The notes under the pieces: generated by a model
Databases searched by the model: none
Seen by the model: the letters and a program-made list of their open reading frames with translations, nothing else
Told to the model about the DNA's origin: nothing
Part shown: positions 55,670 through 64,000 of the stretch, in pieces
Layout: each line of letters starts with the position of its first letter
Position numbering within the stretch: position 1 is the first letter of the stretch
Position numbers and translations under genes: made by a program
DNA from: Trueperaceae bacterium
GTDB taxonomy: Bacteria; Deinococcota; Deinococci; Deinococcales; Trueperaceae
Direction: 5' to 3'
Length of the DNA stretch: 64,000 bases
NCBI GenBank assembly: GCA_965214405.1
Contig: OZ243956.1
Coordinates: forward strand, 2,368,001 to 2,432,000

Positions 55670-56878
55670 CAGGGCAAACGCAAAGTCATGACTGGAGCAA
55701 CCTGAGCAAGTAGTCCTGATCCCGGCCTGCCCGCTTGCGCTTAGCGGCCACACCTGCTTTGATGGTTTTGTCGCGCTTCAAGAGACTCACCGCCAAGTGT
55801 CGCACAGCGACCAGATTGGCCTGAGCATTTTCCGTTCGTGCTCGTGAGCCGTCTTCATTAAAGGCGACATCCAACACCCAATGCAAGCCGTTCTCGATTC
55901 CCCAATGCTTTCTAGCAGCACTCAGGGCACGCGTGGCATCACAAGGCAAACTAGTGATGAAAAACCGCTCGGCTGTTTGCTCTTCGCCGCTAGTCCACCT
56001 TGAGCCTCGCACCCTTACTACACACGGCAAATCTCGCCACATCTCGCGCTCTTCGATTGCTTCTAGGTTTGAAAGCACCCAGCACTCCCTAGTTTCCAGC
56101 CGCCCGTGTCCTTTATCTACCGTTTTAGTGTAGCTGTGCTCAAGCTTCTCCCAACCGATCTCATCGGCATGAGAAAACAGCCATCGCGTATCTTCAAAGA
56201 GCTTGGGATGATCGTCTTTAAGGGCGAGTAAGTAATGAGCGTGATGCTCCCGAGCGGTCCAGGCGATGTGTACGGGGCAACCCATTGCGTCGGTTGTGAC
56301 CACCCTGGCGGGACTGACAATTTCAAGCAACTCGGGGATGACGGTGATTTCGTTGGTCTTCTGATCAACTCCCTCTTACGCTAGCACAATCTCGAACTGA
56401 CTCGGCCAAACGCTGACAGTGTGCAGCGCCCCCAAACCGTTTTTGTGTGAGCGTCTAGCTGTTTTGCCGTCGACTGCCAGCACTTCGTCCTCCCCTTCAG
56501 GCAGTTCAGGCAGTACGAGGGTCTGGGTCCAGGCTGGGAAACGTGCTTGCCAAGCGTCAGGGTCAAGTGCGGCAAACACGCGCTGAAAGGTGTCATGGCT
56601 AGGAATGCCATGCGGAAGTTCGAGAAAACCCTCTAACCACTCCCGTTTCGCTACCCCGCACTCTTGAATCTCGGTGAAATTGTCAGCGTCGCGGATAACA
56701 GCTAAAATGCTGATGCCGATGATGTACACCAGTTTATGCCGAACGCCCCTTGGTTCCCGAGGATCGGGGAGATCGTTGAAGTGCTCCAGCAGACCAGGAA
56801 TTTCTATCTCTGTCATGCTTGAGCCTAGTTCTGCTCCTTCGCTATCTGACTTCCCTAGACGGCTTTGCGTTTGCCCTG
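55670..56878 (-). mobile_element. ISAs1 family insertion sequence
   Basis: 16-bp TIRs CAGGGCAAACGCAAAG / CTTTGCGTTTGCCCTG; no matching TSD. Confidence 0.88.
55686..56816 (-). pseudogene. ISAs1 transposase with an in-frame stop at 56376-56378
   Basis: DPR, PSHDTF, AVDGK, K.NEI, DAMGC, HGR.E.R, HW.IEN.LHW.LDV.F.ED; both ORF parts are in the same frame. Confidence 0.88.
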
Positions 56879-56991
56879 TGCAGGCCGACCAAGTCATTGA
56901 CATTACGAATAGGATAGTTTATAAATAGATAACAACTTCAACACATCTCTGTGGCAGTCATTTTGATGAAGTATTTGGAAGGGAAGTTCAG

Positions 56992-59832
56992 ATGCGCAAT
57001 CTTAGGACTACCACTGTTACTTTTGTATTGTGTGGATTTCTTTCGGCCTTAGCTCAACCACTGCAAGGAACTTTTGATGGGTTCCGGTCCAATCTACTCC
57101 GCGCGCCGGTTAACGCGGAGGTCACAGGTACTCCAGAGATAGGTGCAGTTTTACCCCTTATTCCCAATACTAGATCGGCAATCAGAGCAACATTTGATCC
57201 AATCACTTATACCTACGAGTTTCTCCGTCATTATGGGATAAAAGGACACCTCGAGGATTTTAATGTCGGCTCAACAAGATGGTACGGCTTCGAAAGGAGC
57301 AGTAGTTTTCAAGGGTTGTCTAGCCCCAAAGAATCGGGGTCGCCGATTGCAAAGACATCACTGGTGCTAAGGTCAACAAGAGAAGCTCAAGCACTAAATA
57401 ATATGCAAGAACAAGTTGATGCCGTAGCTGAAGTGCTTGCGCTATTTGGATATATACCGTTTAACCTTCCAAATGCTCACATGCCAATATTTTGTGACTC
57501 TTCCGAACCGTTGCTTGACCTTTGGGTTTCTGGGGGCACACAAGATAGCGAATTCCTGATTGAATACCAACGTGCACTTGTAGGAAATTTTCAAACCTAC
57601 CACAAGTTTATAGCTTCAAATTGGTCACTTGACGAGAGTCTTGAGTTAGACATAATTTATGACTTTCTGAGCGGCAAGCGAATACTAGACTGTGTAGCAG
57701 AGAAGTTTAAACGCAAAAAGTTTGAGCAAAACCCACTTACTGTTGATCTGATATCGCATGGAGAGGTGAACCTCCCCTATAACTTCCCACTTCTTAATAA
57801 TCCTGGGTCTGCACTTTTTAGCTTTCATTTGTCTGCTACTCATTCCTGCAGCGACCTGTTTGTGACAATGCAAGACATCATTGGCGGTATGTTGACATAC
57901 TGGACCAAACTAAAAGAATACCCCCTATACGACACCTGGGACCGCATTATTCTTGCCGAAGTCGGGCGACAGTATCAAGTGCTTGGTATTGAAGCAGCTC
58001 ATGAGAAACTTATTGATGCCCTGAACCTCCTTAGGCAGAACACCAGCGAAGCCGCCATCCCATGCATTTATTTGAGCAATGTAGTACCAGATATAGCAAA
58101 AGAGTACGAAAATTATCAAATCGCGTTCACTTCGGCAGTTGCACGGGGTGAGGCGGAAGAAAGCGCTGCAGGTTACTATGCATGGCTTAGTCCGCAAAGA
58201 GCCAACGTACCCGGTGAAGATCCGTCATATTTCTACCTATTACAAGCTGTAAAGCGAGCGATGGAGGCTCACGAATCTCAGCTAGGTGCTTTGGAAAGAG
58301 CCGCTGAAACTAGTAGTGAAGCAGTGGTGCCTTTCCCTTTTCCTAACGGTGCTCAAACTGATATCGTTAGACTTGTCAATGATGAAGAACGGCAAGTATG
58401 GGCAGAAAAATATCTATCGGCAGTCTTTGGTGTAAAGAGGAGTGATTATGAAACAAGGGAGAAATACTTAGAAGAAAAGGAGAGATATAAGGAGAGATAT
58501 TTCGAAGGTGCGGCAGCAGATGTCACAAATATTTTTAAACCGATTCTTTACTATTGGGGAGACCCTATTTGGCACCCGTTAGGCTTGGCAGACACACCTC
58601 GCCTAAAAGTTGATACTGCGAATGTTGGCGCAACATTTAATGAACGGGTGATACTTCAATCGTTGATTACACCAATTACTGCATTTGCGGAAAGTGCTGG
58701 TTTTGGGCTCCTCGAAATCATTCCCGAAACGCCGTGCATTTATGAAACCCCTGACTCCATCTCCATATGCAATTTGGAAGAGCGTTTTGGCTCGACAACA
58801 TTATCTGCCAACAGCTTCTATGAACCTTATCAAAGGATACTTGAGCGGGGTCAACGTTCGCTTGATGCAATGAGTTCGATGATTATAAATACCCAGAGAA
58901 GTGAGTACACAGTCCTATCAAACCTATCAAATCAGCTCAACCGGGTTATGGATTTGTTGACGACTATGCGTACAGCTTTCGAAGATATCAACCGCGTAAC
59001 GTCAAATGGAGATGATCCTCGGATTGAGAGCATCTTGGATGAGATTGAAAAAGCGCTCCTGGGGGGCGTAATTAGACGTGCTCAATACTCGCTTAACCAA
59101 ATAAGTCAGCTGGATGCCAGCAGCGACCCCGTGAGAAGTAGTCGTCTCAGTGATTACCTAGCTTTGTCAAATGAGATTGCCGCCATTACGGATGCACTAG
59201 TTGACTTTCGTTCAAACTTGTTTCAATTAGGGGTAGAGAACGGTGAAGCAATCAACGATATTCATCGTAGCTACAACAATGGCTTAATGCTTGCACCCAC
59301 GCTTGGGATCGTACAGCAACTTCAGGTAAAAGCCGGTGACAGCGTTTTATCCGGCTCGCCCCTTCTCTCCTACGAAGCGCTGGGGAAAGTAGAAATAAGG
59401 CTTGAGCAGGAATCAGGGCTTACTTTTCCTGCTGAGCAAACTGTGTTGGCCACCATGACTGTCGACGGGGTGGGACTTTGTGAAGCGCTTTCGAAAAGCC
59501 TTGTAAACATTCATGAAGGGGCAGAAGTCCTTTTAAGGCATATGGAGACTCAATGCATGGGGAGGGTTCAACCCTTATCAAATACTTCCTCCGAAACTTT
59601 GATGCAATTCGAGTTTACCCAAGTGCTTAATGGATACGTCTCAGTAATTTACATAAGCAATTGGTTGAAGGCAGTTGATAGTGGGACTGACACTCGTTTC
59701 TGGCGTGGCTATGTATCATCTCGGCTAAACAGCGATCTCCTAAGCGATCAACAGGCATTTGCTGAAACGACTCGTAATTTGTTTGAGACGAGTGACATCA
59801 TTTCAATCAACTTAATTGGCGATGAATATTAG
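56992..59832 (+). CDS. Large secreted hypothetical protein with a membrane-fusion-protein-like split lipoyl motif
   Basis: 946-aa low-GC ORF; signal peptide; APTLGIVQQLQVKAGDSVLSGSPLL preceded by a helical region. Confidence 0.7.
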   Translation: MRNLRTTTVTFVLCGFLSALAQPLQGTFDGFRSNLLRAPVNAEVTGTPEIGAVLPLIPNTRSAIRATFDPITYTYEFLRHYGIKGHLEDFNVGSTRWYGFERSSSFQGLSSPKESGSPIAKTSLVLRSTREAQALNNMQEQVDAVAEVLALFGYIPFNLPNAHMPIFCDSSEPLLDLWVSGGTQDSEFLIEYQRALVGNFQTYHKFIASNWSLDESLELDIIYDFLSGKRILDCVAEKFKRKKFEQNPLTVDLISHGEVNLPYNFPLLNNPGSALFSFHLSATHSCSDLFVTMQDIIGGMLTYWTKLKEYPLYDTWDRIILAEVGRQYQVLGIEAAHEKLIDALNLLRQNTSEAAIPCIYLSNVVPDIAKEYENYQIAFTSAVARGEAEESAAGYYAWLSPQRANVPGEDPSYFYLLQAVKRAMEAHESQLGALERAAETSSEAVVPFPFPNGAQTDIVRLVNDEERQVWAEKYLSAVFGVKRSDYETREKYLEEKERYKERYFEGAAADVTNIFKPILYYWGDPIWHPLGLADTPRLKVDTANVGATFNERVILQSLITPITAFAESAGFGLLEIIPETPCIYETPDSISICNLEERFGSTTLSANSFYEPYQRILERGQRSLDAMSSMIINTQRSEYTVLSNLSNQLNRVMDLLTTMRTAFEDINRVTSNGDDPRIESILDEIEKALLGGVIRRAQYSLNQISQLDASSDPVRSSRLSDYLALSNEIAAITDALVDFRSNLFQLGVENGEAINDIHRSYNNGLMLAPTLGIVQQLQVKAGDSVLSGSPLLSYEALGKVEIRLEQESGLTFPAEQTVLATMTVDGVGLCEALSKSLVNIHEGAEVLLRHMETQCMGRVQPLSNTSSETLMQFEFTQVLNGYVSVIYISNWLKAVDSGTDTRFWRGYVSSRLNSDLLSDQQAFAETTRNLFETSDIISINLIGDEY

Positions 59833-59839
59833 CACTTAT

Positions 59840-60969
59840 CTCAGTACACGACAGATTTGAAATAAAGGGCTCTCCAGTGAAGAATGGATGTTGCGAGACA
59901 CCACTTCAAGGGAGAGCATATGAAGCATACCGGGTTGCTGGCACAGTTGAAAGCGAGCGGCTTAAAGCTGCACCCGTCACGGCTTAAGTTCTTGAGCTTG
60001 TTGATGATCGCGATGGTGCAGGCAAAGACGGTGAACTTGGCGACGTTGGTAGGCATGATGGAGGGCAGAGCCCAGCCGGACTCGCTTTACAGACGGGCGC
60101 AACGGTTTTTCCAAGGCTTGCACTTGGCCGATGAGACAGTTTTCAGGTACGCGCTGAGTCTAGGTCCCAAGCGAAGCTACAGCCTGTGCCTAGACCGGAC
60201 GAACTGGAAGTTTGGCAAACTCGACATCAACATCTTGACCCTGGCTTATGCGCATGAGGGCGTAGCGGTTCCCTTACTGTGGTGTCTTTTGCCCAAGGCT
60301 GGCAACTCCGCCACGCAAGAACGCATTACGCTTTTGGAGCGTTTGCTAAAACTTTTGCCCGTAGACCAGCTAGAGGTGCTGCTAGCCGATAGGGAGTTCA
60401 TCGGGGGCGACTGGTTCGCTTATCTTGAGCGTAAGCACATCCCTTTCGTTATCCGCGTGCGTAAAGACGCTCTCGGTGATGGCTGGTTTCATCTGTTCGG
60501 CTTTTTCCAGCATCTACCTGTGGGTGAGCACAAGGTACTTAAACAGCGCTACACTGTCTTTGGTGTTGAGCTTGGGGTTGCAGGCGCGCGTTTAGAGGGT
60601 GGAGAATACATCATCGTCGTCACCAACCGCAATCCTAAGCAGGCCCTCGCAAGCTACGCGAAGCGCTGGCAGATAGAATGCTTGTTCAAAGCCTTGAAAA
60701 GCAGCGGCTTTGACTTTGAAGCTACGCATCTCAAGCACCTAGAGCGCATTAACACCTTACTTGTCGTTGTGACCCTGGCTTTCTTATGGGCCTTGAAAGT
60801 CGGAGCATTTGTTCACCGTCAGCTCAAACCTGTTCGAATGAAGTCGCACGGGCGCAAGCAGAAGTCTTTATTCCGGGCAGGCTTAGACCATCTCAGGCAT
60901 CTGCTCACCAACTCGGCAACCAAAAAGCCTGACCTGGACCGCTGTTTTCGGCTTTTGTCGTGTACTTAG
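59840..60969 (+). mobile_element. IS4-type insertion sequence, 1130 bp
   Basis: TIRs CTCAGTACACGACA / TGTCGTGTACTTAG; 9-bp TSD AGCACTTAT (59831-59839, 60970-60978). Confidence 0.9.
59884..60969 (+). CDS. IS4 family DDE transposase (intact; likely start 59920)
   Basis: LDRTNWK, LADREF, Y..RWQIE..FK.LKS.GF..E.T. Confidence 0.9.
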   Translation: MDVARHHFKGEHMKHTGLLAQLKASGLKLHPSRLKFLSLLMIAMVQAKTVNLATLVGMMEGRAQPDSLYRRAQRFFQGLHLADETVFRYALSLGPKRSYSLCLDRTNWKFGKLDINILTLAYAHEGVAVPLLWCLLPKAGNSATQERITLLERLLKLLPVDQLEVLLADREFIGGDWFAYLERKHIPFVIRVRKDALGDGWFHLFGFFQHLPVGEHKVLKQRYTVFGVELGVAGARLEGGEYIIVVTNRNPKQALASYAKRWQIECLFKALKSSGFDFEATHLKHLERINTLLVVVTLAFLWALKVGAFVHRQLKPVRMKSHGRKQKSLFRAGLDHLRHLLTNSATKKPDLDRCFRLLSCT

Positions 60970-61052
60970 AGCACTTATATAACTCTGCCTTCGGTTAGAT
61001 CCCATAAAATGCCCAAACATGGGTGCGTAACCGGTCTTTTTAGGAGCGAATC

Positions 61053-61994
61053 ATGAAAAAGTTCCTTTTATTCGCTCTGGTGTTGTTTGGCGCTTTTACT
61101 ACTGGACTGGCCCAGGAAAATGACTTCGATAATCCTTTTAATCTAGGACTAGGTCCTGAGTTCGGGAGTTTTGAAACTGCCGTAGTTTACGACAACCCTT
61201 ACGATTTAGGCTCTGACCTAGACGGTGTTTATGACGGCTCAAACGTAGACCTTGGGAATCTTTATAACAGTTTAGGTAGCTATTACGAGGCTTTCGACCT
61301 AGGCGTTGATTACGAAAGCTTCTATAACAGTTTAGGTAGCTATTACGAAGCTTTCGACCTGGGCGTTGACTACGAAAGCTTCTATAACAGTTCAGCTAGC
61401 TATTACGGAGCTTTCGACCTGGGCGTTGACTACAGCTACTTTGATGTTAGTTCAATGTACTATCACGACTTTTTTGGTCTACGTCATGAACGCCGCTTAG
61501 ATATCATCCTTGCGAATCAAGGACTTAAATCTCCGGTTATTGACCCCATCGATATCTTTAGCGGCTATGCCGTTGGTTCTTTATTAACTCGCGGCTCAGT
61601 TGGATATATTGTAGGCAATACAGTACTTAGATCTAGCGTAGAAAAGACAGCAGCGCAAATTAGCGCTCGGAAAATTGGAGTCACTGTTTTAGGTAAGGAT
61701 GGCACTTACCAAGTTTATGCAGAGAGGATAGGTGCCAGGTATTTTGAAATTTCTCCCGAGGTTTGGAAATCAATGACCCGGCCGGATAAGTGGAAATTAA
61801 ACCAGGAATTCTTAGACGAAACGATAAGGCGCGGAGATATGATTGTACTATCAAATCCAGTTAAAACTTTAGATGGGGCCACAGGAATGTATCACCAAGA
61901 GCTGAAATATTTAGTCAGTAAAGGATATGAACTCAGCAGTGATGGAACAAAAATGGTAATAAAGAATTCAACAAGGCAAAAAAGGCTAGAATGA
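61053..61994 (+). CDS. Secreted protein with Tyr/Asp-rich 20-aa repeats and a polymorphic-toxin-like C-terminal domain
   Basis: AGGAG SD; signal peptide; repeats; C-terminal TVLG...Y...A..IGARYF...W..N..FLD..I.RGD...ELKYL..KGY. Confidence 0.7.
   Translation: MKKFLLFALVLFGAFTTGLAQENDFDNPFNLGLGPEFGSFETAVVYDNPYDLGSDLDGVYDGSNVDLGNLYNSLGSYYEAFDLGVDYESFYNSLGSYYEAFDLGVDYESFYNSSASYYGAFDLGVDYSYFDVSSMYYHDFFGLRHERRLDIILANQGLKSPVIDPIDIFSGYAVGSLLTRGSVGYIVGNTVLRSSVEKTAAQISARKIGVTVLGKDGTYQVYAERIGARYFEISPEVWKSMTRPDKWKLNQEFLDETIRRGDMIVLSNPVKTLDGATGMYHQELKYLVSKGYELSSDGTKMVIKNSTRQKRLE
61261..61440 (+). repeat. Three in-frame 60-bp tandem repeats
   Basis: T(T/C)TATAACAGTT..G.TAGCTATTACG..GCTTTCGACCT.GGCGTTGA.TAC x3. 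Confidence 0.92.
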
Positions 61995-62041
61995 TACTTG
62001 ACGTTGTTTGCTACAAGGGATACTGCTCCAGGAATTCCTTC

Positions 62042-62390
62042 CAAAACGAACCCAAAGTATGCGAGGGTTAGAAAACTTGGAGGAAAGAGATGGGCAAGCA
62101 AGCTTTGCCCATAAATTCATAAGCATTCAATACCAACGCAACTTTATATACCCAAGCGGAAGATGACCCGAGAGATTTGTGTGTAGGACAGCAAAGTCAA
62201 GTTAGAATCTGCCCGTATTTTTGAGGAGTGCAACAACATTAGAAACAGAGCGACTTTATGGGCAAAGCCGGGCAAGCAAAGAAAAACCTGGAGCGTAGAG
62301 GTCAAAGAGGCGATTGTGCTGTCGGTGCTGCGTGGTGAAACGAGCGTCGCCGAAGCCGCCCGGCAACATAGCGTTCACGAGAGCCTTATT
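62042..62390 (+). pseudogene. IS3-family orfA remnant, interrupted by a MITE and truncated by IS1634
   Basis: GGAGG SD and ATG at 62090; removing the MITE and one TSD gives MGKQRKTWSVEVKEAIVLSVLRGETSVAEAARQHSVHESLI. Confidence 0.75.
62101..62269. mobile_element. 169-bp MITE (IS903/IS5-like ends)
   Basis: TIRs aGCTTTGCCCATAAA / TTTATGGGCAAAGCc; 9-bp TSD GGGCAAGCA (62092-62100, 62270-62278); no ORF. Confidence 0.85.
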
Positions 62391-64000
62391 CCCGACATTC
62401 CGCACGTCCCCTTCCAGTTTCAGGAATAAAAAGTTTCGTAGCGAGGGCCGAGAAGCGCGAGTAAACGCCGGTGGTGCTCTTTGAGGTTAAGAACAAGCTG
62501 TTGCTGGGCGTCGATAACGAGCAGGTGAACACCCACAAAGCAGTGGAACACCCACCTTGCCGTAGGTGTCTGGGTAGCTTTGCCCTTCTGGTCGGGAAAG
62601 TTCTGCCGCTCTTGTTCGAGACGCTGCCGGATGCGGTGCTGTAAGGCGGCGTAGACCAGCAGACAAAGGGTCATCACCATCATGAGCGCCATGATTCTCT
62701 TGGGACTCTTGAGAAAGAGCGAGGATGCCAGAAACAGCGGGTCTTTGAGGAATCTGAAGCCGCGCTCCACCAAGGCTTGCCCTTGATAGCCTGCTAAGAC
62801 TTCAGCGTCGGGTAAAGCGTCCTCGTCAAGTTCGTTCGTCGCCAGGATGAAGCAGCTCTCGCGGACGAGGCGTTCATCTCGTAGGGCTAAGGGCGTCGCC
62901 AGACACCCCTCGATACGGTAGCTAACGTGTGAGGGCACGGCGTCTTTAGCAGGCCGACCGGGCTTGTGGTAGTGAGGAACGTTGTTGATGCTACTCGTGC
63001 TGAGCGTGCAGACTTTGAGCTTTTTGCCCAACGTTTCAAGTGCTCTAAGTGCATCCTCACGGCAGGCGAACGTCTCTTGGCTGAGCTTGGAAAGCGCTTT
63101 GACCTCGGCTTCGCTCTGCTTGGAGAGCGCTTTATGCACCCCCTTTTGCGCGCGCTCTCTGGCCGCTTTGGAGTAGATGACGAGCCAGCGTTGCGGCACC
63201 CCGGCGTACTCGCTCGGCAAAGTCTGATAGGCGTAGCCCTCTGCTAAAGGTGTTAGCTCCTCCACCTTCACCCCGGAGAGGGCCGCATTCGCTTCTGTCA
63301 GGGTGTGGGGCACGCGGCTTATCCACTTAATCCCGCTTTGCGCAAGGGCCTTTAAGCTCTCCTGGTTGTACAAGGCACTATCGGTCACCAGGTAAGGGAG
63401 CTTGTGCGCCTCCTGAAGCTGCTGTACATGCTCTGTTACGACGCCTCGGAAGTTCACGGCGTCGCTCTCGTTGCCGCTTAGCGCTTTCATTAACAAGGGG
63501 ATACCCGCCTGATGCTCGACTATCAGGTCCAGCACGACCTGGTTCAAGTCGGGGCGGTGGTCGCGGCTGTAGCCCTTGGTGATGTGAATCACCCCCTCCT
63601 CGCCGGGAGGCGCGTCGCTGTTGTACGGGCCATCAACGTGGAAGCTGCTGCTGTCTAGGTGCGCGAAGCGCTTAGGATAGTTCCAAGCGTTTAGCGGCCT
63701 CCAAAGCGACGATGCTGTATAACTCGGTCACACCGCGCTCGTACAAGCTACCGAGCGCCCGTCCTAAGACATCGTCGTTGAGATGCTCCGGCAGGATGCC
63801 CCAGCCGATGAGCCTGTCCACCGGTTTGCTCTCGAAAAAGCTGGGGACCAGATAAAGTCGTTGGTTCACGAAGCCTAAACCGTTTAGAACCATCGCTTTC
63901 ACCGCGTCGCCTACCGAGATGATGCGCTTGCCGCACTCCTGCGGAAGGGTGCTGGTCGATCATCACGCCGACTCCCAGCTCATCGAACATGCCCGCGACT
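62391..64000 (-). mobile_element. IS1634 family element with a frameshifted transposase pseudogene (runs off the window)
   Basis: End CCCGACATTCCGCA; HLNDD.LGR.L, HLDSSSF, GYSRDHRPDL.Q, DSALY, Y..Q..VERGFRFLKDP; frameshifts near 63675 and ~63945. Confidence 0.88.

Larger units (their letters stand above)
55445..64000. mobile_element. Genomic island (continues past the window end)
   Basis: Starts at the tRNA fragment; visibly lower GC; dense IS content; orphan genes; CTCGAG nearly absent. Confidence 0.8.

Noticed and set aside
55660..56890. Target-site duplication around ISAs1
   Set aside because: Flanks differ (AGTCGGGAAG vs TGCAGGCCGA), so no TSD can be claimed
61261..61440. Possible CRISPR array or DGR repeat
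   Set aside because: Contiguous in-frame 60-bp coding repeats with no spacers; no cas or reverse transcriptase gene in the window

Overview
GC-rich bacterial chromosome segment, most likely Deinococcota (Truepera-like). Support comes from the SLH/coiled-coil/barrel SlpA S-layer protein, minD-minE, and many apparently leaderless genes. Positions 1-55,400 are mostly core genes: a TPP riboswitch with thiB, a P450/TetR/hydrolase cluster, an intein-containing PcrA/UvrD, minDE, wrbA, hpf, slpA, thyX, rlmH, rodA, nadD-yqeK-LCP-rsfS-yraN-trpF, a Liv-type ABC/acyl-CoA ligase cluster and two large lipoproteins, plus one ISKra4-type IS. At 55,399-55,444 a displaced 3' half of tRNA-Asn marks the edge of a lower-GC island. 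The island holds ISAs1, IS4, a nested IS3/MITE/IS1634 stack and two orphan secreted proteins: a 946-aa adaptor-like protein and a repeat protein with a toxin-like tip. Main observations: (1) a PcrA intein with a GIY-YIG-like domain at an atypical internal position; (2) strong HIP1-like iteration of the palindrome CTCGAG in host DNA but not in mobile DNA; (3) a DnaA-box cluster with no dnaA in the window; (4) the island's secreted gene pair. All family calls come from motif recognition by eye; no searches were run.
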